Shown here in pieces: positions 1 to 8,339 of a DNA stretch of 64,000 nucleotides (the first letter of the stretch is position 1; the number at the start of each line of letters is the position of its first letter). The stretch is from Patescibacteria group bacterium (lineage in GTDB: Bacteria; Patescibacteriota; UBA1384; GWA2-35-9; JBASTP01). The translations under genes and the position numbers were made by a program. The DNA is taken from NCBI GenBank assembly GCA_049274945.1, contig JBASTP010000005.1, positions 3,178 through 67,177 on the forward strand, written 5' to 3'. A model generated the notes under the pieces. It was not told the DNA's origin, did not search any database, and saw nothing but the letters and a program-made list of their open reading frames with translations.

Positions 1-459
1 TTCCAAGCTGCCAGTCCCTGGCCCAACCAAATCCACCAGGAAACTGGCGAGCCTGCTGCCCTTGAGTGCCACCGCTTTGCCGGGCTTGAAGATAGCGGTA
101 AGGAGCCCGCTCGTAAAATCAAATGTCACTGCCGCCCCGCCCGCAGCGCCACCCTCGCTATTGACCTCGGTTACCGTCACGAGTTTTGGATCAAACTGGA
201 AAACGAGGGTGGCGCCAAGCACTGGGGCAGAAGAATCACCAATCACATCTACCACCACATTACTCTCGGGGACCGTGCCACTCACCGTCTCTGGTGAAAA
301 GCTTAGCTCAACAACGCGGCTATCCGATTCCGCCGTAGTGGTTATTACCCCGCTTCTGCCGGTAATACTGGTAAAACTAAACACCCCCAGGCCGAATATG
401 GCCATCACAAACACCGCTACCGTTCCGAGCGCCACTTGGGTGCGTTTCGCGATTGCCAT
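1..459 (-). CDS. Membrane-anchored hypothetical protein, 3' end beyond window (partial)
   Basis: Reverse strand from ATG at 459 translates MAIAKRTQVALGTVAVFVMAIFGLGVF... with an N-terminal TM helix and open frame to position 1. Not in the ORF track because no stop lies in the window. Confidence 0.4.
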   Translation of the reverse strand, partial: MAIAKRTQVALGTVAVFVMAIFGLGVFSFTSITGRSGVITTTAESDSRVVELSFSPETVSGTVPESNVVVDVIGDSSAPVLGATLVFQFDPKLVTVTEVNSEGGAAGGAAVTFDFTSGLLTAIFKPGKAVALKGSRLASFLVDLVGPGTGSLE

Positions 460-460
460 A

Positions 461-1201
461 CTATTGCCCCGGACCGGGGAAGGTTAGGGTCGCCGCCCCT
501 GATGCCTGGATCACAAATCCCTGATTAAGTTGGATGGTATCACCTTCCTTAATTTCCTTAAACGATCCAGAAATTGGATCAAAAAAGTGGAATGGCGAGA
601 CGTGTTTGCCATCAATCGCTTCTTGGGCCGTCTCTGTTTTGTCATCGAACTGGACCTCTACTTTTGCCAACTCAAGCTTAAACGATTTGGGGTATGGGTT
701 GCCGATCGCATTCCAGCCCGCTCTAAGTTTCATGGGGAATCGTTCGTTGGTTGCAACTGGCGTTGCCTGGGCAAGGACCTTAAGATTTTCACCACTCTTA
801 GACTTCACAAAGTAACCCTCTCCTGGCGTCACCGACCATTGGCTCTCGCTGCAGCTTACCCATTTACCCTGAAGCAACGCAAAAACTTCTTTAGTCGAAA
901 GATTGGCAAATACATTCTTACAGTCAGCAGGGGAAAGGCGGTGGCCGAATGAAACGAGATTGAAACCAGCCGACAACTGGAGGGTTACACTGTTTGATTG
1001 ATTAGCCTCGCCGCTCGTTGGCGCTGGGGTCGGTTCGCTGGTCGAGGCGGATGTACCGCTCGTGGTCGAGCTTGGCAGCAGCGGAAAATCTGCTTTCGTT
1101 ATCTGGCGGCGGGTAAGGTAGTAGGTAAGGTAAATAATGCCGGCGACAAAAACCAGCACTACGAGCGCAAATAAAATCTTAGTTCTGGTGGTCATGATCA
1201 A
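461..1201 (-). CDS. Hypothetical membrane-anchored protein with Ser/Thr/Pro-rich linker
   Basis: 246-aa ORF with an N-terminal TM helix followed by a TSGTSASTSEPTPAPTSGE low-complexity segment. Forms an apparent operon with the flanking minus-strand genes. Confidence 0.5.
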   Translation of the reverse strand: MIMTTRTKILFALVVLVFVAGIIYLTYYLTRRQITKADFPLLPSSTTSGTSASTSEPTPAPTSGEANQSNSVTLQLSAGFNLVSFGHRLSPADCKNVFANLSTKEVFALLQGKWVSCSESQWSVTPGEGYFVKSKSGENLKVLAQATPVATNERFPMKLRAGWNAIGNPYPKSFKLELAKVEVQFDDKTETAQEAIDGKHVSPFHFFDPISGSFKEIKEGDTIQLNQGFVIQASGAATLTFPGPGQ

Positions 1202-1511
1202 TTGCCGTTAATGAATGCCAGCGAATTATGCCAAGCACCAGTAGCCCAAGCAGCGTTGCGAGCGTTACCACCGCGAGCGAGCCCGGCCCGGTGGGGGTAT
1301 CGGCTAACTCCTTGGTTACAACTGCGGCAGTGGTTTTGGGTGTTGGAGTGGGAGAGGGCGAAGGAGAAGGCGTTGCTGATTTGGGATCAATCAAGGTAAA
1401 ATCAGAGGGAAAATCCGGAACGGTCGAAAAATCCTGCGCCGCAACCGAACACGGCGCAATCAGCGCAAAAGCAACAATGAATGCAATACGGCAAAACTTG
1501 GCGTACTTCAA
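1179..1511 (-). CDS. Small secreted PT-rich protein with C-terminal TM anchor
   Basis: Signal-peptide-like N-terminus (MKYAKFCRIAFIVAFALIAPCSVAA), a PSPSPSPTPTPK linker, and a C-terminal hydrophobic helix with a short charged tail. Confidence 0.45.
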   Translation of the reverse strand: MKYAKFCRIAFIVAFALIAPCSVAAQDFSTVPDFPSDFTLIDPKSATPSPSPSPTPTPKTTAAVVTKELADTPTGPGSLAVVTLATLLGLLVLGIIRWHSLTAIDHDHQN

Positions 1512-1537
1512 TTTATCCCCTTAGCTTTCAGCGTACC

Positions 1538-2095
1538 TCAGCTGCCCAGCACTTTCAAGGCGTGCTTAACGCGCTCATCAATGGTACCTTCGGGAACCTG
1601 GCGCACCACCTGGGAAACTTCTTGGCGCCGGTAGCCTAACTGGCTTAGCACCCTGATCAGTTCTTCATCGTCGCGGCTGAGGCCGGCGAGATCGGCTTGG
1701 CCCTTGGCGAGCTTGGGGCGGAGCTCGACGATAATTTTTGAGGCGAGCTTGCCGCCAACTCCGGCAATGGATTGAAGGTGGCTAGTGTCAGAGGCAATAA
1801 TGCTCGAGCGTATCTTTTCGATCGACTGGCCGGTAATAATGTTGAGGGCGAGTTTGGGCCCAATGCCGCTCACCGAAAGGAGCAGTTCGAAAAATGCCAG
1901 CTCGTTGAAATCGGCAAAACCATAGAGATCAGAAGCCCCCTCCGCGATTTGGTGGTAGGTAAAGAGCGACGTCTCTGCCTCGAGCATCCATTGTAAGGGC
2001 GCACCCACAAATATTTTATAGCCAACATTGTTGACCGCCACAATAATGTAATTCGTGCCCTGGAAAATAACCGTTCCCTTGAGTGCAGCGATCAT
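1538..2095 (-). CDS. ruvA: Holliday junction DNA helicase subunit RuvA
   Basis: 185-aa product with RuvA domain I/II helix-hairpin-helix motifs (LLSVSGIGPKLALNI, IAGVGGKLASKII) and a C-terminal domain III. Confidence 0.9.
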   Translation of the reverse strand: MIAALKGTVIFQGTNYIIVAVNNVGYKIFVGAPLQWMLEAETSLFTYHQIAEGASDLYGFADFNELAFFELLLSVSGIGPKLALNIITGQSIEKIRSSIIASDTSHLQSIAGVGGKLASKIIVELRPKLAKGQADLAGLSRDDEELIRVLSQLGYRRQEVSQVVRQVPEGTIDERVKHALKVLGS

Positions 2096-2919
2096 GCGTT
2101 AGCTCCTTCGAGCGCGAGGTGGGCTGCGCCAATGATGCCAGCCCTTGGGCCTGCTGTTGCAGCAACAACCGGCAACCCGGCAGCTTGGAGCTGGGGTAAA
2201 AACTTCGCTTGGTCTCGAATCACCCCGCCACCCAAAACAACAATCTCCGGGTCAAAGCGCGCAACTAATGCCTTAATTCCCTTTTCTAAATTATTACGCC
2301 ACTCCGTCAAAAAATTATTATCCTCGAATAAATCCTTGAGCCCTTTCCCGTATTTTTTTTCATTCACTGCGCCGCCGATCATTGATTCCAAGCAGCCTTG
2401 GTGGGCCTGCTCGCAACGGTCGGGATAGGTTGGGTCAATAACGGTATGGCCGAGTTCCGCGCCCGTGCCATCATCGCCGCGCCATAGTTTCCCGCCTTGC
2501 CACAGCGCGCCGCCTACGCCGGTGCCAAGGGTTAGCATGAGCACCGTTTTTTTTCCCCGGGCGGCCCCTTGCCACAACTCACCGGCGAGCGCGGCACTCG
2601 CATCGTTATCAAGCACAATATCGGTATTGAGTTTTGTCTCCAATTTTTCTTTAAGCGGGTAGTTTTTCCACTGCGGCAAATTGGGCGAGTCCAAAATAAT
2701 CCCCTTGGCGCTATCCATCTGGCCCGGCGCGCCAACGCCAATCACTTGGGCGCCGCGTTTCAAAAACCGCTCCACCATGAGGCGGATTGTCTCGACTGCC
2801 TGGTCTGGATCTTTGGGCGTGGGCCGCTCGGCCTGCTCTAGCATCCGACCGCTTTCTTGAACCAGCCCTGCGGCAATTTTGGTGGCCCCAATATCAACAC
2901 CAATGGCAATATCGTTCAT
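2092..2919 (-). CDS. ROK-family sugar kinase (glucokinase-like)
   Basis: N-terminal IGVDIGATKIAAGLV ATP-binding motif plus the ROK signature region with the GQMDSAKG/CxCG-like segment. 275 aa. Confidence 0.8.
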   Translation of the reverse strand: MNDIAIGVDIGATKIAAGLVQESGRMLEQAERPTPKDPDQAVETIRLMVERFLKRGAQVIGVGAPGQMDSAKGIILDSPNLPQWKNYPLKEKLETKLNTDIVLDNDASAALAGELWQGAARGKKTVLMLTLGTGVGGALWQGGKLWRGDDGTGAELGHTVIDPTYPDRCEQAHQGCLESMIGGAVNEKKYGKGLKDLFEDNNFLTEWRNNLEKGIKALVARFDPEIVVLGGGVIRDQAKFLPQLQAAGLPVVAATAGPRAGIIGAAHLALEGANA

Positions 2920-2984
2920 GATTTATATTATATTTCAATTCCGCTGCAAGGGGTATTCTTTCACCGTTTGAGTTAATTCAAAAC

Positions 2985-3038
2985 ATTAAAAAAAGGGTTT
3001 TGGCCACGACCGCCTGACGGCGGTAAAGACCAAAACCC
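2985..3038 (-). terminator. Intrinsic terminator of the minus-strand 3066-3866 gene
   Basis: Hairpin GGGTTTTGG...CCGCCTGACGGCGG...CCAAAACCC; on the minus strand it is followed by a T-run (the complement of AAAAAAA at 2985-2994). Confidence 0.5.
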
Positions 3039-3065
3039 AAAAGAACCAACCTGCCTTACGGCAGA

Positions 3066-3866
3066 TCAAAGAGCAAGTTCCAGATACTTCCTGGGGAGCG
3101 CCCCCAGAGAACAGTACTGCCCCGAACGGCGGGAGCTGTCGACGTCCAAGCCATCGTCGGCATCGAAGCGGACGTGGAGCGAGCGCTCGGAACCGTAGGC
3201 GTTGCGACAGCGGAGTGAACCGCCCATGTAGGGCAGGTAGCCCAGTTCCATCTGCGGCCGGATTACCGCCATATAGATGGTTTTCTCAGTGCTTGAGAGG
3301 CCATCCCCGCCCAGCTCGCACGCATGTGCGTGCTGCTCGTCGTAGGTGAGCATGAAGGGGCGATGCGGCGCACCGGTCCGTGCGAAAATGGACGCAATGT
3401 CCAAATTGAACACGCCGGCTTTCGTGGGGATCTCCTCCCCGTCGCAGTCGGCCGCTTTGGGATCGTTGTTGTACAGCTTGATCCCGAATTTACGGCTGAC
3501 GTCGAGCAGCTGGCGGCGGTGCAGGTCACCGGGGAGAAACCGATCGAATGCGGAAATAGAACCGGCTTTCGCCTGTTTCTGGCGCAACGCCTTTTCGATC
3601 AGGTCGTCGCCCGGGTAGGTAACGCCGGCCGTTTCGCAGAACATGCCGGTGAAGTTGATTTCACGCTCCAGAACGTCTTCGAACCGCACTTCCGGAACGG
3701 CGCCTTCGCCGCGGTAGGCCGATGCCACCAGGATACGACGAATCGGATTGTCAATGGTCTGCTGAACGTGGGCAGGTAAAACGCCCAGTCCGGTAAGCAG
3801 ATCCATCGAACGAGCTGCCTGTCCTAACAAAATCGACGAGTTTACAACCGAGGATTTCACAGCCAT
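3066..3866 (-). CDS. Hypothetical protein, high-GC compositional outlier
   Basis: ORF 3066-3980 trimmed to the internal ATG at 3866 (MAVKSSVVNSS...), which has an AGAGG RBS. Local GC is about 60% with a strong GC3 bias, unlike its neighbours. No recognisable family; it interrupts yebC-ruvC ... ruvA. Confidence 0.5.
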   Translation of the reverse strand: MAVKSSVVNSSILLGQAARSMDLLTGLGVLPAHVQQTIDNPIRRILVASAYRGEGAVPEVRFEDVLEREINFTGMFCETAGVTYPGDDLIEKALRQKQAKAGSISAFDRFLPGDLHRRQLLDVSRKFGIKLYNNDPKAADCDGEEIPTKAGVFNLDIASIFARTGAPHRPFMLTYDEQHAHACELGGDGLSSTEKTIYMAVIRPQMELGYLPYMGGSLRCRNAYGSERSLHVRFDADDGLDVDSSRRSGQYCSLGALPRKYLELAL

Positions 3867-4057
3867 AGCTGAACACCTCTTTCGCGCACCTGCTTGTTTA
3901 AGGTCAGGATATTGAGCGCAGCCCTTTGGGCCTAGCTGTCTGCCTTTTTCAAGGTAAACAAGTAGGCCCAAAGGATGCAATTTTCAAGCAGCAAATACGC
4001 CAATATTATATACTATTGTACCACTGGAGTCAAGTAGATAGATGCCAAATTTTAAAA

Positions 4058-4522
4058 TTATCCTCTTATACCGCACGTAATCGCCACTGCCAGGGCATCG
4101 GCCGCGTCATCGGGCTTGGGGATGTGGTCGAGTTTCAAAAGCATCTTTACCATAGCTTGCACCTGCTCTTTATTGGCGCTCCCCGAGCTTGTTACCGTCT
4201 GTTTTACCTGGAGCGGGGTATATTCAAAAATAAGGGTGTGTGCCTGCGCTGCAGCTAACAGCGCCACACCCATGGCTTGCGATACGCGCATGGCGGTTTT
4301 TTGGTTGTTGTAAAAAAAGAGCTGTTCAAACCCAACACGATCGGGCTTTACTTTTTTGAGCAGCTTAGTAAGTTCTCGGTGGATTTCCTGGAGCCGCTCA
4401 GTGGCGCTACCGGCCTCAAGGCCAATGATGCCATAATCGAGCATGGTCATTGTACTGGCCTGAGTCTCGATTACCCCATAGCCTAAGCGCGTTGTACCAG
4501 GATCAATGCCTAATATCTTCAT
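4058..4522 (-). CDS. ruvC: Crossover junction endodeoxyribonuclease RuvC
   Basis: MKILGIDPGTTRLGYGVIE N-terminus carrying the RNase H-fold catalytic Asp. 154 aa. Confidence 0.9.
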   Translation of the reverse strand: MKILGIDPGTTRLGYGVIETQASTMTMLDYGIIGLEAGSATERLQEIHRELTKLLKKVKPDRVGFEQLFFYNNQKTAMRVSQAMGVALLAAAQAHTLIFEYTPLQVKQTVTSSGSANKEQVQAMVKMLLKLDHIPKPDDAADALAVAITCGIRG

Positions 4523-5218
4523 TTATCCAAGATTTGTGTACACTGCCGTCACATCATCCAGCTCATCAAGTATCTCAAGGAGTTGCGTTGCCTTTGGGTC
4601 GTTTGTTGAAACAGTACTTTTAGGCTCATATGAAACCTCGGCCGATTCAATGGTCGCCCCTGCCGCCTCGAGGGATTTTTTTACAGACTCAAGTTGCGTA
4701 GGCAAAGTGTACGCCATAACCTTCCCATCATGTTCTTCAACATCCAGCGCACCGGCATCGATTGCCGCAAGGCTCAAGGCCTCAGTATCGCCTTTTGCAC
4801 TAATCACCCCTTGCTCTTCGAAGAGATACCCCACCGAGCCAAATTCAGTAACCTTGCCGCCAAATTTGGTAACGGTTGAGCGCACTTCGTTCACCGTACG
4901 GTTTTTGTTATCGGTCACTGCCTCAATCACCATAGCAATCCCGCCCGGGCCAATGGCGCCGTAGCGCACTTCCTCAAGGCTGGCGCCGCCCAGTTCGCCC
5001 GTGCCCCGTTTAATCGCTCGTTCAATACTGTCTTTGGCCATGCCGGCGGCCCGCGCTTTATCAATCGAGAGCCGCAAGTTTGGATTCATGGCCGGATCGC
5101 CGCCACTCTTGGCGACAATCGAAATTTGGGCGGAAAGCTTAGTAAACGCTTTTGCCTTGCGGCCGTCGGTAATCGCCTTTTTATGCTTGATGGTCGACCA
5201 CTTGGAATGTCCTGACAT
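4523..5218 (-). CDS. yebC: YebC/PmpR-family DNA-binding regulator
   Basis: MSGHSKWSTIKHKKAITDGRKAKAFTKL... is the canonical YebC N-terminus. 231 aa, immediately upstream of ruvC as in many bacteria. Confidence 0.9.
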   Translation of the reverse strand: MSGHSKWSTIKHKKAITDGRKAKAFTKLSAQISIVAKSGGDPAMNPNLRLSIDKARAAGMAKDSIERAIKRGTGELGGASLEEVRYGAIGPGGIAMVIEAVTDNKNRTVNEVRSTVTKFGGKVTEFGSVGYLFEEQGVISAKGDTEALSLAAIDAGALDVEEHDGKVMAYTLPTQLESVKKSLEAAGATIESAEVSYEPKSTVSTNDPKATQLLEILDELDDVTAVYTNLG

Positions 5219-5259
5219 ATCTCAAGTATTTTATCACATAATTTGCTAGGATAGATCTT

Positions 5260-7107
5260 ATGAAACGCTACGCTATTGCAGCCGTCCTCATGGCCCTACT
5301 CTTAACCAACATAACGCACGCGGCAGACTTTGGGGTTGGCTCCTACATCAACTCGGCCGGATCAGATGTAAACCAACAGAAAGCCGCGGATTTACTGGGT
5401 GAAACCAACTCGGAATGGACACGCATGGAAGTAGTCTATGATCCGAACTATGACTTTTCATCAATTCAAAGTGCCACCTCCCGCGCCAAGGCCAAAGGTT
5501 CCAATGTGCTACTGCTTTTCGGCCATAAGAGCGGGTTAACGGCCGAGCAATTTGAATCGTTTGTTGATACCGCGGCCAACAAGCTCAAAGATAATGTGGA
5601 CGCCTACGAAATCTTCAACGAAATTGATAACACCCTGTCCGCCGGCGACTACAAACCGTTTTTGGAAAAAGCGCACGGCAAGATTAAGGCAATCGATGGT
5701 TCCGCGAGCGTCGTCACTTCCGGCTTGACCGCCCGCAAGGAAGCAATCAATTATTGGAACTCGCTCTACGATGCCGGTGGCGGCAGCTTCTTTGATAGCC
5801 TGGGTATTCACCCCTACCGAACCTCCTCGCCGGAAACCAAAGAATTCAATATTGGTACGCTGGTGGACTCACTCAATCAAGCAGCTGGGGCGATCAGCAA
5901 TCATGGCGGCGGTAAGAAAATTTGGATCACCGAGTTCGGCTGGAAATCGTCCGAGGTAGGGGACGGCACCCAGGGTAACTACTTGGCCCGTTCATTGATA
6001 CTCGCCGCGAGCGTGCCGAGCGTTGATAAAATTATCCAATACAAACTCTACGACAACGATGGCGGGTCCTACGGCATCGCCAAATCGGATTTTTCGAAAA
6101 AAGAATCGTTTAATACCGTTGCAACCGCAATCAGCAAACTTAAAGGCAAGGGCTTTTCTGAAACGGTGCGGGTGTCCTCTGCCAAAGTGATCGACAATTT
6201 TGATTCGGTGAGCGGCTGGAAGGATGACGGCTCGTCGAATGGCTCGGTAGCCCTCTCGGGCGCGTCGGGCCGAAGCGGCGGCGGTATGAAGTATGCCTGG
6301 AAGTTTAACGGTTCCGATACCTACGTGGTAGGGAGAAAACAAGTTGCCCTGGAAGGGGAACCAAAGGGACTGTCAGTGTGGTTAAACGGTGGCAGCGGTT
6401 CGAGCGTTTGGAAATTGAGGATGGTCGATAAAAACAACGAAACGTTCCAGTTTGATTTAGGCCAAGCTTCGAGCGGTTGGAAGCAGTACACGTTCGATTT
6501 TGCTAAGGACAAAGCTAAAACCAGCTGGAGCGGCAACGGCAACGTTGACTACCCGGTCAAATTTGATTCGATCGTGCTCGATAACCAAGGTGGTTCGAGC
6601 TCGGGTGAAATGCTGATCGACGATCTTGAGGCGCTCCACGGCGAAACGGACTTTTACGCGCTGCGGTTCGGCTCGCTCCTCGCCTACTGGAAACCTTCGG
6701 GGGGCGGGACGGCCACGGTGTGCGGCAAGTCACTCAACTTCGAGGTTTACCCGCAGTACACCGAGGTAAGTTCGTGCGAGCAGGTGGCAGCGAGTAACCA
6801 AGCGGCGGCCCCGGCCACAACCGCTAAACCAAAAGCCGCCCCCAAACCGCCCGAGCAAACTCCGACGCCTTCAGCGAGCCCCACCCCAACCCCCGAGCCG
6901 GAAAAACCCACCGCCGCACCAACCGAGACTCCAACGCCCGTGGTGACTGAGCAACCGATTGCCGCCCCACCGTTTTGGACTACGCAAAAAATTGGCGGTG
7001 CGGCGGCCGCTGCCGGACTCCTAGCTGCGCTCATTGCCTGGCTCTACAAACGTGGATGGTTTGCCCTGATGCTACGGCGTCTCAAAAAATCCAAGCCACG
7101 GCCTTGA
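5260..7107 (+). CDS. Secreted GH-A-clan glycoside hydrolase (GH5-like) with CBM-like domain, PT linker and C-terminal membrane anchor
   Basis: Signal peptide present. FNEIDN (acid/base Glu) and KIWITEFGW (nucleophile Glu) motifs of TIM-barrel GH-A hydrolases, then a beta-rich domain, a PT-rich linker and a hydrophobic C-terminal helix with a KRGW...RRLKKSKPRP tail. Confidence 0.7.
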   Translation: MKRYAIAAVLMALLLTNITHAADFGVGSYINSAGSDVNQQKAADLLGETNSEWTRMEVVYDPNYDFSSIQSATSRAKAKGSNVLLLFGHKSGLTAEQFESFVDTAANKLKDNVDAYEIFNEIDNTLSAGDYKPFLEKAHGKIKAIDGSASVVTSGLTARKEAINYWNSLYDAGGGSFFDSLGIHPYRTSSPETKEFNIGTLVDSLNQAAGAISNHGGGKKIWITEFGWKSSEVGDGTQGNYLARSLILAASVPSVDKIIQYKLYDNDGGSYGIAKSDFSKKESFNTVATAISKLKGKGFSETVRVSSAKVIDNFDSVSGWKDDGSSNGSVALSGASGRSGGGMKYAWKFNGSDTYVVGRKQVALEGEPKGLSVWLNGGSGSSVWKLRMVDKNNETFQFDLGQASSGWKQYTFDFAKDKAKTSWSGNGNVDYPVKFDSIVLDNQGGSSSGEMLIDDLEALHGETDFYALRFGSLLAYWKPSGGGTATVCGKSLNFEVYPQYTEVSSCEQVAASNQAAAPATTAKPKAAPKPPEQTPTPSASPTPTPEPEKPTAAPTETPTPVVTEQPIAAPPFWTTQKIGGAAAAAGLLAALIAWLYKRGWFALMLRRLKKSKPRP

Positions 7108-7132
7108 CTGGCCTGCCATTATTTGGTATAAT
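7104..7132 (+). promoter_or_regulatory. Sigma70-type promoter (TTGACT-17-TATAAT) for the proB leader
   Basis: TTGACT at 7104-7109 and TATAAT at 7127-7132 with a 17-nt spacer. The -35 overlaps the stop codon of the upstream gene. Confidence 0.55.
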
Positions 7133-7138
7133 AGTTGT

Positions 7139-7375
7139 ACAATTCGAAACATAGCAGGGGAAACCCGCCCCTGCATCCCGCGGAGCCCGAAAGGGCAAAG
7201 TGGGAATTGGCTGGTCGCAATTCCTTTAGACTTGTCCTGAGCGAAGTCGAAGGATAGTAAGACCAGACGGAGCTATCCGTAAAATAGCCAAACGAAGCCA
7301 TCCCGCCTACGGCGGGCAAGAAGTTGGGTGGTACCATCGCCTTAGGCGATCCCAACACGAGAGGGCTTTTTTTGA
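7139..7375 (+). promoter_or_regulatory. T-box-type riboswitch leader upstream of proB (candidate tRNA-Pro sensing)
   Basis: A highly structured ~235-nt leader. Contains AAGUUGGGUGGUACCAUCGCC, whose core GGGUGGUACC matches my recollection of the T-box consensus GGGUGGNACC. This sits as a 7-nt bulge (UGGUACC) between helices GUUGGG/CCCAAC and AUCGCC/GGCGAU, giving antiterminator-like geometry, and is followed by a GAGGGCUUUUUUU run. proBA operons are T-box regulated in Bacilli. Confidence 0.5.
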
Positions 7376-7422
7376 TGTCCTTGAACAATCCGGGGCATGG
7401 CAACACATGAAAGGAACACGGA

Positions 7423-8208
7423 ATGATCCAGACAGTTGGTCATAAACTTCGGATACTCGATCTTGCTCAGCACGATTGGATTGTAGTAAAAATCGGCACA
7501 TCAACCCTGGCGCCGGACGGTAAGATAGATACCGCATACCTCGATAATCTTGCTGGCCAAATTGCTAACATTAACCACGAACGGTGGCTCAAAACCATTC
7601 TCGTTACCTCAGGCGCAATACTGGCCGGACGGGACTTCATGCGGCTTAGTCAACTTTATCGGGTTGATGAGAAGCAAGCCGCTGCGGCGATAGGGCAGCC
7701 ATTACTCATGAAACTATACAGGGAAGCCTTTGCCTCCCACAATCATCACGTCGCGCAGGTGCTGTTAACTAAGGAAGATTGTCTTGACTCAATCCGAACC
7801 GATAATGTCCGGCAGATGTTCTTCCGACTCTTCTCATGGAACACTGTTCCGATTGTCAATGAGAATGATTCAGTGGCAACGGAAGAAATCGTCTTCGGCG
7901 ATAACGACTTGCTTGCCGCCCATGTGGCGGTAATGGCAAACTGCAAAGCCGTTTTCCTACTTACCGATGTTGACGGCTATCTTGATGGCCAAGGAGCGGT
8001 GGTGCCCTACCTGTTAAACATCACCGACGATATGATCAACCAAGCGAAGTTATTGCAATCAAACGGAACCGGTGGCATTGCCTCAAAACTTGCGGCAGGT
8101 CAAATTACCAGCCGTAACGAAATCCCCTTGATCATCGCCAACGGGCGAGAGCCTGATGTGCTCAATCGTATTGTTCAAGGAGCATCGATTGGCACACTCT
8201 GTTCCTAA
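7423..8208 (+). CDS. proB: Glutamate 5-kinase (no PUA domain)
   Basis: 261-aa product with an amino-acid-kinase fold (VVKIGTSTL, VTSGAI, ENDSVATEEIVFGDNDLLAA). RBS AAAGGAA upstream. Confidence 0.85.
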   Translation: MIQTVGHKLRILDLAQHDWIVVKIGTSTLAPDGKIDTAYLDNLAGQIANINHERWLKTILVTSGAILAGRDFMRLSQLYRVDEKQAAAAIGQPLLMKLYREAFASHNHHVAQVLLTKEDCLDSIRTDNVRQMFFRLFSWNTVPIVNENDSVATEEIVFGDNDLLAAHVAVMANCKAVFLLTDVDGYLDGQGAVVPYLLNITDDMINQAKLLQSNGTGGIASKLAAGQITSRNEIPLIIANGREPDVLNRIVQGASIGTLCS

Positions 8209-8221
8209 CCAACAGTCCAAA

Positions 8222-8246
8222 CCCGCCGAATTCTCGGCGGGTTTTT
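8222..8246 (+). terminator. Rho-independent terminator after proB
   Basis: CCCGCCGA-ATTC-TCGGCGGG hairpin followed by TTTTT. Confidence 0.7.
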
Positions 8247-8339
8247 GCTTGTTCTACCCAGCCATAAACACCTAACCCTAAGGGTTGTCTCCTCCTTGAA
8301 CCCTTAGGGTTAACTTATTGAAAGTGTGGTTGGATAATG

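Noticed and set aside
3324-3779. Plus-strand ORFs (3324-3779, 3346-3618) and minus ORF 3263-3529 inside the high-GC gene
   Set aside because: Arg/Val/Gly-rich composition typical of antisense or out-of-frame reading of GC-rich DNA. The minus-strand 3066-3866 frame has the RBS and terminator.
3066-3866. Encapsulin, HK97-like capsid or prophage remnant call for the 266-aa high-GC protein
   Set aside because: Length is compatible, but I could not match any remembered encapsulin or capsid motifs. No integrase, terminase or other phage genes are nearby.
7139-7375. RNase P RNA, SRP RNA, 6S, TPP, glycine or c-di-GMP riboswitch identities for the proB leader
   Set aside because: Too short for RNase P and lacking GGAAAGUCCGG. 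No SRP domain IV motif and no CUGAGA TPP box. The exact GGGUGGUACC T-box core in a bulge fits a T-box better.
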